Of a DNA stretch of 64,000 nucleotides, positions 12,501-26,000 are shown in pieces; position 1 is the stretch's first letter, and each line of letters begins with the position of its first letter. Origin of the DNA: Pocillopora damicornis (lineage: Eukaryota). Below the pieces are notes generated by a model that saw nothing but the letters and a program-made list of their open reading frames with translations, had not been told where the DNA came from and searched no databases. The stretch is from the NCBI RefSeq assembly GCF_003704095.1, contig NW_020843837.1, positions 186,001 through 250,000 of the forward strand. Reading direction: 5' to 3'. The translations under genes and the position numbers were made by a program.

Positions 12501-15500
12501 TGTCATTTCCTTTGTTAGATGTTTTACTACTTGCTCTGTGCTTTCAAACATGTTACCTAAACAAGGCATTGGACATGTACTTTGATTGGAAGTTGGAAGA
12601 TTAACTTACTTCCTGTCAAAATAATAATATTATTGTCATACCAACCTTTGTTGGCTTGTTGTACCTTTTGAAGTAGCTGCCTTTTTTATTTTTTAAACTA
12701 ATTGATGATTTGGCAGCTTAAGCAAAGCAATGTTCCCAAATGATTTGGATTTGGGTGCAAATTTATGCACCAATCAATTCAAAGCTTTAACATCCCCCCC
12801 TTCCCTTAGCAACCCATGGGCATTTGACTGTTGTCTGTGCACTGGGGGTGGGGAATTTGAACCTTGCCTGGAGACAGTGGAACATAAGTGTTTTATTTCA
12901 CATATGGAGGAATTGAAAGGTATTTGTAAAGAGTCCACTTTTATAAGAAAATTTTTCACAATGAAGAATGATACTTACATGCAATGAACCCCACAGCAGC
13001 ACCAAAAACTGTTATGTGGCTTTGCTAAATTCTGAATCATTTGTTGGGTGTTTAAATGCAATTTTGGCATGGGGGCAGGAATCTGCACTTACCAATCTTA
13101 AAAAGTTGAAATGCTCAGAGGTTCACTCTAAAAAAAATTGATTGATGCATTCAATTTTATCTAGCTATTTATGCATAATAATTTTCATAGACTATAGATG
13201 ACCCAAAATTTATGGGAGGAGAGTACTTGCTGAGTGAAATGATCCTAAATAATGGAAATATTCCATTGACTGTGTCTGGAGTGCTTAGGTAAGTTTTCTA
13301 GTACATGTACATGAACATGTAAATTATGAAAGACTGAAAGCATCTTTTGTCTTTGAGTGGATCATCATCTTCATCTTTGACTTTGTCTTCCATCAAATAT
13401 TTTTGATTGTGCATGTTGGTGACAATTATTTTATTAATAATTAACCCATTGAAATTTTCCACTTCTGGAGAAGCAGGGAATTGCATTTATGTCACTTCAA
13501 AGAATTCCACAGACAGTCCTCCATTTCTTCCTGTACACTCCCTCCCCCTGCCCCCTGCCCCCTGCCCCCTCCCCCCCCTTTGCATTGGCTTTTCACATTT
13601 CACTTGAGGCTTATGTTTCACAGGATGATGAAGACTAATAATGTGTTACTCTGAAATGAAGTGAAGTGAATGATAATATAGAGTGTCTTACGCTCTATTG
13701 TAATACTTAAGCAAGCAACCCATTTATAAAGTCTTCACTAATTTCTGTCTTGTGTGAACTTACAGTGAATGTTCCAAAAATCAAGCTCCTTGGGATGTTC
13801 TCAAGATGGACCATGTGTTTAATCTCTCTGTTGTTCTTAACTACAAAGATGTAAGTTTCAAGCAACAACAAAGAAAATTAAGTTTGTTTGTGTGGTCACA
13901 TGTTCAGGGAACTTAAACACACCAGATTAGTATTTATAATGCTTGAGTTCAGGATTTGTGTCTTGGTTTTGACTTAATTAATTAGTTGTCTGAATAAGGC
14001 TAGTGTGGATTTCTACAGGTTAAGAATATCAGTGGATTTTGGAAGGGACAGTTTTTTTCTCTCATTATGTTAATGTAAGCTGTGAACCTTCGTTAAAGGG
14101 CTTCAGCTAATAGAGATAATGGTATCAATATTTATGATAATCAGATAATGATGACGAGTGCCTTAATTGTCTGCATTGATATGGCGTTTCAGCAGCTCCT
14201 CAAATTGCACATTAATCCTCTACAAAATGTAATCTTATGAATTTCATAAGAACTAGATTCATCCTATTGCCCCTGTTAGTTACTTCGTCCTTAAAAAGTG
14301 GGAGGTTCACTATTTCATTTAAGTCTTTGTTTTAACCAGAGTCTCTGAAGAAGTGAAATTGAATTTCATGAACTTCAAGTCTCTGTTCAAAGATATGTGA
14401 CTGTTGATAACTGGTGTGCTGAGTATTGGTGTTTGGTTTTTTAGAATTCAATCTTGCATTTTGCATGATTTTCTCTTTTATGTGCCATTAGCGAATCCCT
14501 GAACTGGACGCAGTGTTTGCTACACTAAATGAAACTGTTAAAGATACTGAAGTAATTCCTGAGAAGACCAAGAAAAGTGTAAACGACTCGTTGAATGCAG
14601 GGGTGTCAGACATTAACTTCACCCAGTATCATGAACAGGTTAAGTATGGACAGAAGGTTTTTATTGTTAAATTAATAGGATGCTTAATGATAAACTTGGG
14701 CATGTCATTCACCATGGTGTCGCGACTGAACTTGATTTTATGGAGGAAATATCCATATTATCGTGTTGATTGTGCCTCCTGAAAAATAGTTATTGAAATC
14801 TCAAACTAATCTCCTATCTCCCAAAATCCCAAATGCTACAATTTCAACCCCACTTCCTCCAAAAACTATATGAATAGCCTCCCAAGATTTAATTCAGGGT
14901 TCCCCTTGTAACAGACAAACAGAGGAATGATAGGATAATTTTGGTTTTGTCAACTGAATTGGTAATGTGAATTGGCCACCGTAAAGAGTTTCAAAGAAGA
15001 GACAAGAGATGGGTAGTCTGACAAACAAACAGGTACGGAGACTGAAAGACAAGCAGACAGACATGGTAGAAACAATCAGACAGACAGGTGGATAGAAGGT
15101 CAGATGGATGTACGACAGACAAATAGACCGTCAGGCATCTGAATAATGAAGACCAGGCAAAGGAATTAATCGCCAGAATAGCAATACATACATCCTGGTG
15201 TCCTCAAAACATGTAGAACTAAAGCAAAAAGCAATAGCCTGAATCGCTGGATTAATGATACACGTAACAACCATATGGTGGTAGAATTAAAAGTTCCTTA
15301 GTCACGTCATTTCTGTGTACATTTTTATACTCCCAGGTGAATAAACCTATCGTCACTGTCTCCTTGCCATCATTTGCATCCAATGTCAGCAAGGCTGCCA
15401 ACACAACAAAAAGTCAGGTATGTCGATACAGTTGCCCGGGACCATTTGCTTGTCATTACAGCTTCGATTAATAACTTGCGGCATTATGCAACCAATTATT

Positions 15501-18500
15501 CAAAGGATCAATACAACCATGGTTTTGATAAGTTTTATTTTTTTTGCTTTTGTACTGGTATCTTACAATTCTGACTATCACTAGCCATTTTTATGACTTT
15601 TCCCCAATGTAAGAAGTTAGCATTGCGGCATTACAGGCACCTAGACAATGGCAATTCAAGACAAATTTGTAGTTATGTCTTTGGATGTCTACCAACAGGA
15701 GCTTGCAGTGGTTTTTCGTGGTGTTTGATTTTTTGTTTGTTTGTCTGTGTTTTTCAGAGATGAAGGAAAAGTGATTGAATTTTTCCTACGAACGACCTTT
15801 TCAGATTTGGCCGATGAAATATACTGTGTCCTTTAAATCATTCAATCAATTGGTTCTTAAATTTAGTTTTTTTATTTTGCAGAAGGCTTCGGTTAGTAAT
15901 AAGTTGGCGAATGAAGCAAACAAACTGGACAATCTAGACAAAACATATGTGAAACCAGCGGAGAAACAGGCAGTAAGTGTGTAACTTTTCACTGATAATT
16001 TGATTGTCATCGATTCAATGGAAGGCATGTGGATGCAAGACCTTATTCGATTTTTTTTGTGTTTTTCAGAAAGATCTGGGTAAACTTGCAAGTGATCTTC
16101 AGCAATCGGGCCAAGCCATACTGGTATGCTTAGTGATCAATAGTAACAAAATGACCGTACCGGTTTTCTGCTCCATGTTTATCGTAAGGCAACAAAAAAT
16201 CACATTCTCTGATAGGACGTAAATGCGAACATGTAAAAGTTAGCACTCTTGACTAAAATACGAGCTTCCTCTCGAGCCGCCGAGCGAAGCGAATGTGCGA
16301 GAGGTCTGTGAGGGGTCTGGCACGAGAACACTCGTAGACCTCTCGCACTCACTTATTGTTCACTGACTCAAAACCCGCGGGCTTCAGCGCTCGTTCCGCA
16401 GGGCCAATGAGAGCCTACTTCTAGGCTATTCGATTTCGTAACCTCTGAGCAGCGAGGAATTCATGGTGAATTAGGTTTTACTAAACGTGATAGAAATTCA
16501 GTTTATACGTGTGGATTTATACCTGTTTTGTTCGTGTCACAATTTGTGCTGGTCGTCTGTTTGTGGCGTAGAAGCAACCTTTTCTCTTGAATTTTGTCTA
16601 AGATTTTAGTACGTGTCAATATTGTTGTACAACAAAGTAATAATTGTGTATCTTTACTTCAGAGTTCTGGCGAAAGAGTTGTTAAAAGCATAGAGGAAGT
16701 GGCGACCTTTTTACAGGATGATGCTCTGTCAATTGCTGCAAAGGTTGGTGGTACTATTTCTTGTTGCGAATATCTAGTGCTTTGTAAGAATGTAAGAGAC
16801 ATTTGGTATTAAGAGCCTTTCAATTTTCTTGTTGGTTTCGATAACTACCAATGCCGATAAAAAAGTTGTTTAGTTGTTGTATTTGTATCCAAGATTGAAA
16901 AGGTGATAGTGTTTAAATTAAACATGGAAAATATCAGTAAACGAAACAGATTTTGTTGTAGTTTGTTGGAAAGACCCACGCGGCCATCCCTCCGATTTAG
17001 ATTTTAAAGTATGGCTGTGGGCCCCTTAAAGTTAATGGTACTTTGGAAAATTAGACGCCGCACGGCCCTCTTGGCAAGTGAAGACGCCCTTTATTATTGT
17101 TTACGTTTTGTTTTATTTTTTTGTAGCACAGTACTCTTAAAGTTCCTAACTGCTTGTTATGTGTTCTGCTCGAAAATTTATCATACATCGCTCTTATGCG
17201 GCAGCTCCTTTTGGTTCCAGTCTCAAAGATGACCACTTGCTTCTTTTTGAATATTTGCTTTACTAGGGGGTAACAATGCACTGGGACAATGTGTTTGGTA
17301 ATGTGGATTATTTGTTGGACTATGTCATCCGTCAGGTACATTGGAAATTTATCTGTGTATTTAGTGCTTTGGAAAGTATTTTACACTTATGAAAATTCCT
17401 GAACGTTTTATCATGTAACTCCCTTGACCGCGTTCGACTTCACCATTGCATGAATTAGATTTTGTGTAGATTTTGAAACCTTTTAAGATTGTAAAGAACG
17501 CGGCTCAATCTCCGTGAATCGACTACTGTGTGCATATCAACTCAGTCTTGTGTTGATTGTATTTTAAGCTTTATGTGTTAGGTCCTCCTTTTTCTTTGTT
17601 TAATTTGTGGCAGTATCTAGAAAGAGACATTAAGTTACCTCGAACGCCTCATCGCAACTGATTAAATATCCTCACTCCTCCCCACTTGTTGGGCTTTTAA
17701 CAAGGAAACTGGACTGCACGAAGAGTATTCAGCATTGAGAGGGAAGTGGGGGGCTTAAGGTGCAGTTCTGACCTTACAAAAAAACAATAGCTTTTATATG
17801 AGAGTGGCTTTGAATTCCGTAGGTCCGATATGACGTTGGAAAGTGTAAAATTCTGTCAAACATATACCACGGGTTTACTGGATCTGTATGTTCTGAATAT
17901 GCGGCCGGAATGGTAAGTGAAAAGTATAATGGTAAGAAAAGAGAAAAAAATATTGCCTAGATGAGTCAACCTTGTGTTTAAACACATGAAGTAGTCTTGA
18001 GCCTGCTATGGAGATTCCCCTACGTTCCTTACAAGTTCAAGACACCTTGCGTAGTAGCCTGCGAGCAGGCCTCACTATGAGCGCTGCAGGACGCGCTTTT
18101 TTCCGCCCGCGGGAAGATTTATTTCTCTAGCCATTTTAACCGAAAACCATTAGAGCTGAAAAATTGAACAGTGTTATCAGAGATGTTATTGACTAATTTT
18201 TGTTGTTGTTATTATGCAGAATGCCTCATGGGTAGCATCTGGTCTGAGTTCTCTTGTACTCCTCGTCTCAATTATTCTTTGCGTAAAGGCGTCTAAACAT
18301 TTCTTACGGGCGAAAAAGACTGGAGTTTTTAACAAACTAGGTATGTATTTGCTTCAGTCAAACAATTTCAATGGCAACCCACATGTAAACTGGCAAACAA
18401 GGTTGTGAATTCTAGAAAAGAAATATGGGAAATAGTCAAACTATCTCTAGATCTAATTGATCCTGTCTTGGTTTGCCAAGTTTTCGCACACGATTTCAAA

Positions 18501-19615
18501 ATATTTTTGGGCAGTTTTGCCATATTTTTTCCTTCTCCAGTGGATGATGTTTTATGAATGTCTTGTGGTGTCGCCTAGAGGACGTGCAGAACAACTTCAT
18601 TCCATTTATTTTATTTCACGTCATTATGTAATTCTACTTCTTCGTCTGAAACCTCGAGGATTCACAATATGGTCATTCTTTAAAGTTAGTGTTTTATTAC
18701 TAAAATCACGCAAGTTTTTAACCTAGCAGAATGCAAGTGTCTGTCTCTCATTTGATATGAATGGTGATGACAACTGCTCCAAAAGACAATTTTCATTCAA
18801 AAATAAGTATGACTGCTACGATATAGTTCACACGTGACGTCAAAAGGTGATGAAAAGGAAATAAGAACTAAACCAATGGCTCGCTCGCTAAAGGCAAAGG
18901 TTTCACTGATCTTAACTTCTTACCGTTTTGAATATGAGCTCAATCATTTCGCAATAAAACAGCCACTTTTTGAAGACAGTTTATAATAAATTAAATCCAG
19001 GATTGAAGACTCATTCTAATTTAGGTATTTGTCAAGGCGCTTGGGAGACTTCCGTCTCAATTTTTTATTTTTATTGCACCCAGAGAGCCTTAACTTAACT
19101 TAATTTAAAACATTGCCTTTTAAATCGGCAGCAAGTAAATCGCAAAGATAATGAAAATATTGTGCGTTGTTGAACATAAGTAACAACAATTCGCCAGGAC
19201 GTAAGCCGGTAGTCTGCGATATGAAAGATATTTGGATACCATCGATCTTTGAGCGCGTTGTGTTTAGTCCATTGACTTATCTGTGGTCGTGCTGTGGCGA
19301 ATTTCTCAGTGGTACTGCCGTATGTTAACTCCGGCATTGCCCTAGTCCAGGTTCAGCCTAGAAATAAGCCACACGGTGTTCTGATTGGTAGCGGGTTCCT
19401 AGCGAAAATTAGATACTTTCTGGGTAGGATTGGCGGAGAAGGGAGAGGAGGGTAGGGGAGGGTAGTGGGATGGAGGTATGAGGGATGCTCATCGTTTTTT
19501 TTTCCTTTTCGCTAAAACTCTCTTGACCTAATTTTCATAAACACTTTGTTTTCCAGAACCAGAGGATATGGTTCAATTGCACAGCCTCGAGGAAAGGCCG
19601 ATGCATCATGCCTAG
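3543..19615 (+). CDS. Prominin-like pentaspan membrane glycoprotein, about 24 coding exons (first 3543-3726, last 19557-19615)
   Basis: Signal peptide MRTWLIFCLFCANYVGC; hallmark TM1-Cys cluster IIGLVFCCCRCRGKCGG (exon 5457-5665); TM3/4 exons near 11094-11247 and 12286-12349; C-terminal VGKCKILSNIYHGFTGSVCSEYAAGM/NASWVASGLSSLVLLVSIILCVKASKHF (17823-18340); last exon in phase to TAG 19613-19615. Some internal exon limits are approximate. Confidence 0.9.
6541..6738 (+). mobile_element. piggyBac-like MITE family A
   Basis: Homologous to 36798-37009 (-) and 57364-57575 (+); ends in AAAGGG-TTAA. Confidence 0.75.
8640..8830 (+). repeat. Interspersed repeat with long internal palindrome
   Basis: Close copy at 57790-57972 (AACAGGACTTCGTG..TCCAATTCTGTCTGTAAT...ATTGGACTCCACTCAGTC). 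Confidence 0.8.
12764..13150. mobile_element. MITE with ATGCA(C/T)CAATCAAT terminal inverted repeats
   Basis: ATGCACCAATCAAT on the left and ATTGATTGATGCAT on the right; the same terminus recurs at about 49995-50021. Confidence 0.55.
14933..14996 (-). mobile_element. Truncated Penelope-like terminal repeat fragment
   Basis: Reverse complement ACTCTTTACGGTGGCCAATTCACATTACCAATTCAGTTGAC matches 63755-63795. Confidence 0.65.
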
Positions 19616-20627
19616 AAATTGCTTTCGCTTAGGTGCTTCAGTTAACGAAGAAATAATGGAAAAAAGAAATAAATGAAAAAAAAAAAGTGATTAAATGAAA
19701 ATAAAAATAAATTTATCAAGGGTTTTTTAGTATGCAGGTTAAAATATTTTCGCGTATCCTAGGTAATGTGAATTCTGGAGCAACTAGGTCTGTATGTAGT
19801 TTTTAATGGCCTAGCTGACGGCCTTCTGCAGATGTAATATTCCACAAAAGCAATAAACAATTTTGCCAACAAGGGTACAAAGCGGTTAAGCCATGAATGG
19901 GCTGTTGTGAAAATTGATGAGGGCGTGACATTTATACCGTGGTGAACACCACGCAGTTGACAGAGGAATACTGAACACAAAATCATCTGTGAGAAAGGAC
20001 ATTGAAATGACAATATTTTGTTTTAGCTCACTGACTTGTTTACACAGAATAAAAATATCCCGTAAAGACCAGTTAATTTTTAAGAAAGTTTAAGGTAAAC
20101 TTAAAACATTGCCAAGTGTGAATCTTGGTACACTAATAGTATTTCTACAATTTACACAATAATGTAAATTAAGGGCCATAAGACTCCTTTTAGCGTCACG
20201 AGCAATCTTAAAGCACGCGGGTTTCTTCAAAACAGCAGTGTTCCAATAAAAGCCTTTATTATAAACGAGTGCTACTAAAATCGTCTAAAAGTCACAAGCA
20301 TACGAATCTGGTAACAAGTGGTTCTGCTGTGGGATCACATAGTTTTCAGGCGAAATGGAGGGCTAACTGTCAAAAAGGGAGGGGGAAGGGGAACACAGGA
20401 ATATTACAGAGACTTGGGGGGGGATTAAGTAAATTTTATCGCGACAAACCAAACTCCTCAGACCCCTCCCCTGCGATAAATAATTACCAGTCCCTCAGCT
20501 TTAAGGAATTTTCACGGTCTAATTAGGTGGTGTGGTGTTGAGGCGGCTTTTTGATATATTGGGCTTTCAGACGAGTGGCTTGAGGAAAAGGTGGCTTTCT
20601 AGGGAAAGGGAGTTCATAAAGGACTCT

Positions 20628-20837
20628 TTAACCCGTTTCACTCCCAAGAGTTAATTAGTAATTCACCTTACTGTCTGCTATACAGGTCTTATGATGTTAG
20701 TTTGGAGAATTTGGTGTTGTATCAACTGTCAATCGCCTAATTGACATTTTTCTTTACTCCTATTACTTATCTGCGTAACATATCGAAATCGTAAGGAGAA
20801 ATTCTCTCCTGGTCACTCATGGGTATTAAAGGGTTAA
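20628..20837 (+). mobile_element. piggyBac-like MITE family B
   Basis: TTAA-CCC...AAAGGG-TTAA ends; homologous to 38226-38436. Confidence 0.75.
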
Positions 20838-22010
20838 ACCTAAAATGTGACACATGATTGTTCTTCTGAACTGTCGCCCAGTTGAAATGACTACAGTATG
20901 CATTTCTTTTGTTGAAGCCCTACAAGAACAACATTTCTTAAAAACATGGAAACTAATACAGGCTTCAAATACTGTTACGTTTGGCCCTGAAACGGGTTTC
21001 GAGTTGAAATAAAGCTCCAGTACTTGTATAGCAGTACTATACCATATCATTTTGTCTTACACTTCCACTTGAGAGGTTTATGTTGGAGATGATGCATAGG
21101 CGACTATCAGAAACTTAATGTCTTACAGGGAGGTTTGGAATTACGATCTGTGAAGTTCTATGGCGAGTTTACGTAAATCTTAATTAAGCGAGGAAGCAGA
21201 ATTGAAGGGTTAACAGACCTCATTGTTTTACTACAGGAATTTCTGCAGATTTTCCGTCGGAGCTTCCATGGCTGGATGGGTTGGGGATCAAAGACAACTA
21301 CGTCAACTTGGTCGACGTTAAGTCTTTAGGTGAAATTTGACCACAATTTACGGTATTACTATGGGATAAACTTATCTCCTTAAATCTGACGAGGATACGC
21401 ATTCTCGTGAGCGTGTCCGGAGACATACGGGAAACAAGCCAAAGTTTTGCTGACTCTCTGCATGAGAAATATTTATGGAGTTAGATTATGTTGCAATCAG
21501 ATTTATTTTTTTGACTGTGTTGAAACCGAAAGCGAAAAGTGAACGACTAAGAACTATATTAGAGTACCTCTGAAGATTACGATACAAGCATAACACTTGT
21601 GCACTCATTTCTGTCGCCCGGCTATTGACGGGTGCATTTATCACGTGCTCAGCTCGATTTAAAGTAGAGATTCTTTTTCTGTGAATCTTGGGAATGATTG
21701 GCGTTTTTCTGTTGTGAAGCCATACGGATAGAAAAGTTACCTTTATTTCAATAGGGCATTCCTTTCAGTTGTTACAAAGTGAACATTTTTATATCAAGGC
21801 CTTATATCTAGTAATGCAAGTATGTACAGAGAAACAAAAACAAGAAGGAACTAGTTCATTACAAGCAAAGTAAAATCTAAATTAAGAAATCCAAAAAATG
21901 ACAAATAAAAGCATTTTCTAAAGAATTTTTAGAGCTTTTTAGCTTCGATCTGCCTTGTCGCACAACAAATGACGCTCCGATCTGTTTCCAAATGGATTCA
22001 CTATAATTAA

Positions 22011-22367
22011 GGCTCTTTTCAAACGTTGAACTTCACATGAGGCGAACTAAACTGCAATTTTGGTCGACCCCAGCGGGTAATGTTCGACCGTTGGGTCTTT
22101 CGTAGAACATAATTCGTCGAGCCAAATTTAGAGCAGCAAAAACTAATATTTCGGTCAGAGAGATTTCAAATAAAACAATTTGAAATTTAATCATTACCAC
22201 GAAAAGATCGATCTTCACACGTTCTTTCCGTCCGATGCAGACGGATAGAACGTGTTGGTCGATCCAAATTCAGTTGGACGAACTCAACCGATTTAAAAAT
22301 CAAACTCAACTTGAACTTAATTCTCTCACTGGACTTCTCAAGTGAAGTTCGACGTTTGAACTGGACC
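22011..22367. mobile_element. PIF/Harbinger-like MITE
   Basis: About 30-bp imperfect TIRs (TTCAAACGTTGAACTTCACATGAG / CTCAAGTGAAGTTCGACGTTTGAA) flanked by TAA and TTA. Confidence 0.65.
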
Positions 22368-23014
22368 TTACTGAGACATTTTCCCTGTCGATTTTACCGT
22401 GTGACCGTTGCGCCTATCCTTTTAGAGGTTCTTTAATGCTTTGATCCGGCCACTAGCGACATAATGATCTTAGCCTTAAGTGGAAGAACAAGATTGTTAT
22501 GTTGCACGAGGAACACATGAAGCTTGGAAACGATCCTCGAACGACGAAGAATGTCATATGCGGAATGTCCTGCGTGACAAATTAATGGAACTAAGAAGTG
22601 CTTTTGATCTCGCACACAATGACTGGAGGTCTGTCCTTACGATTGAGTTCGTATACGCTAGATTTTGCGCTCCCACTTCGACTTGAGCTTTTATCGTGGT
22701 CATAGTCTTAGAGATTGTTCGATGATAGTATCTCTATAGCTGTGTTTTTCCTTTTTTTTTCGTAAAGATGTATGTTTTGACGGCTTTCACGAAAGTCCTT
22801 AATTGCACGCGTGCTAGGGCGTATCTGCCAACTGATTTTTTTTAAAGTCTTTTTATAATTCCATAAATGCAAAAAAGGTCGCAACAATATTTGGTATGTC
22901 CCTTATGGGTACAAATCCTAAAGCTGCATTGCTGATGTCGGGCCGCATGATAATTTAATTTGCGGCGATGTACCATGGCTTCGAAGTAAACTCACATTGA
23001 GTGGCACAAAAGTC

Positions 23015-26000
23015 TTACACTGTTGCAGTTCGTCCACGACCATGTCTAACATCTGCATCAACGTGTAGTGAGTTCTCACCCTTCCTTCGAGGCGCGAAGG
23101 AATGGAACTGCTGACGCAACTGGTGGCTAATTGCAGATGTGCGCAAGCTGAAGTGCTGTGCCGTGGCGAACACTGGGTAAAACGAATGACTGACACTGTT
23201 GCGTAACCTGCGGGGTATCGAACGTATTTCTTTCTTGAATCGACGGTGTCTGAATGGATAGAGAAACGGGTTCGCCAGCGAATTCAGGTTAAAACAGGTG
23301 ACTGGAAGCCAACCACCAATAATGAATAAAGAACGCATGCTCGGGAATGACTCGGCAGCGTCAAGAATTTCAGAGAAGGAATATACGTAGACTAGCAGTA
23401 GAACAGTTGGTAAAGTGAATAGGATAAAATTTGATGACACCAGCACTGCTATTTTCCTCGCTAGTCTCGCTTCACGTTTAATGCCGAACTGCATGCTGGA
23501 TCTCCTTGCATAGCAGAATATCAAAATGTAAAGTCCCAGACTGATAAGGTAAAGAAGTACAAATATGGCCGAGATGCTTAAAGTTATGTTAGATGTTTGT
23601 AACAGATGTTTTCCTGTATGGAAGGGCATCGTGCACTGGAACCATCTGTGATATTCCAGCTTTCTTACGCCAAACAAAGGCAAGCTCGCAAAGGTGATCG
23701 CTCCTGTCCACACAAGAATTAAAATGGTGAGCAAAGTTCTGGTTTTAACCTTGCCTCTGCATCTCTGGAAGTACACTATGACAAGATATCTTTCTACAGT
23801 TAGCATGAGAGAGGTGAATACAGCTGTAACCTGGCCTATAGTGAATACCATGCCCATGTATGTGCAGGTGGAGGTGTCCGTTTCCATAACAACTCGCGGC
23901 TTAACGTTTGAGTCACTGAATATGTTGTATTTGGCGATCATCACGCTGTGAACACCAATCAGAATATCGCTTAACGCCATACTGCCAACCAAGACGAATG
24001 AAATGTTATTCCTTAACAGTCTTGACGTCATAATCACAATGAGAACAGACATGTTGAGAACAACAATCAATCCTCCTAAGGCATACTGTGAAAGGAACAG
24101 TTTTCGAGGAAAGTCGTACAACTTTGTTAAATACGGTACAACGACATCGCGGTGGTAGCAATCCGAGCTGAAGTCACAGAAGCATTGTGGCGAGAAGCCT
24201 TGTCTCACAAATTGCGCAGAAACTCCATAATTTACTGCCTTAGGGTAGTAGTAAAACTCCTCGAGAGTTACGTGACACTTCATCTCGCTTATCTCTCCTT
24301 CCCCACTCAAGCCATTTCCACTGAATTCCTCGTAATCTCCCATTTCCTCATCTCCTGACATTGTTTCATTTCCGGGAATCTTAAGGAGGTCGCAGGCAGA
24401 GCAGTGCGAGCTCCACGTAACCCCAAGAATCTCTTTGAGTTCGGGCATGTGAAGGATATGCTGATTGGGTATCCAGCCCTCGTTGCCGTTAATTTTGAGA
24501 ACTTCAAGAAATGGCATGTCTCCTGTGGGATCCCCGTTCCATTCCTTCAGATTGTTGTTTTGGAGATCTCTGGATTATGAAAAATTACTTCTTTTGAATA
24601 AAATGAACTTTTGTTTAATAAAAAGAGTACTTTCTCTTTGTAACGAATAACGAACAATCAGGCTGGTACGTCATAGAAATTACCTGAAAACTAGGTAGGA
24701 TTTACGAGAGAGGATGAAGCGAAAAGACTGGATCCTTCATATTAGTATCATCCCCGAAAGAATTCCTCATATGCATGTTATTTAACGACTGTCTCGTTTT
24801 CGGAGATCTAAGGAAGACCTGAAAATAACCATTTTTTTGTTGCAATCTTTGCTTTCTTTTGGACATCTATCCGTTCACCATCAAAGACAAGCAAGCAGCG
24901 TGCACAGTTCACGGAGCATTATTCCCTGTGGATTTAATACCTACGTCCATGGAATCGTTTCTCAAGGGATAGAGGCTGTAAGGGGAATTCAGTCTCATCA
25001 CATGCCTGTCCGTTGCTCTGTACAAGTGTTCCAGTATTTTAACCAAAAATTAGTTAGGAAAGGATTCATTAAAAAACTTACAAGATACGCAGATTAGTCA
25101 AGCCTTTGAATGCATGTTCGTTGATGATTTCAATGCTGTTGTTTGACAAAGATCTGAAAGGAAAAACATTTCTCTTTGGTTAATTCCAAATGAGATATTC
25201 GACTCTTTGTGGAAAATACGTAAACTACGTAAAAAAAAATATCGCTTTGTTGCATCTGGCAGTTATAAATCAGATCAGCAAATATACTAAATAAGTAAAC
25301 GTTGTGTTACTATGTTGTGAGAATCCTATGCAGTGTCATAGGGGATTATTACAAAGTACCCGAATCCCGTCGGAATGCGTCTGTCGTGACTCATATACCA
25401 TGAATTAATTGTCCCCACCTAAGGTCTTAAGACGTTGATGAGGCCCAGCCAATGAAAAACAAAAAAAAAATGCTTTTACACTGCAATGAACCTCGCACAA
25501 AACATTAATCATAACGCGGGCACTTACAGAAACTCGAGGTTGTGAAGGTTTGTAAAGATTTCCCTTGGTATTACTCTGATTCCATTATCAGCAAAGGACC
25601 TGCGGATCGAAAAATTGTTGTTATATCAAACAAATCTCACTTTCGAGTTAATGACAGTGTCCTTGCGGACACCCATTATCAATGATCTTAAAAAGGCGAA
25701 TTTAATAAATAATTGAACATAGATAAGCGGACATATTACTGCGACATAACGCGGGGGCAAGTCACTTCGGCGGAAATAAGAAACTTTCGTTGGTAAATTA
25801 GATTTTGGAGGAATTACCTCGAAGTACATCTACAAGGTGCTTCTTCATCCACTGTTTACAGATCAAATGGGAATTCGGAATGTTTTTTTATTTGTAGGGG
25901 GAGGAAAACCAGAGAATCCGGGGGAAAACACCTCTGGAGCAAGAACGCGAATTAACCATAAACTGAGATTAGTGGTGAGGAATATAAGCACCCTAATCAC

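Noticed and set aside
24683-25018. Extra LRR exons in GPCR intron 3
   Set aside because: Candidate exons contain stops or end out of phase; exon 25082 joins 24569 cleanly.
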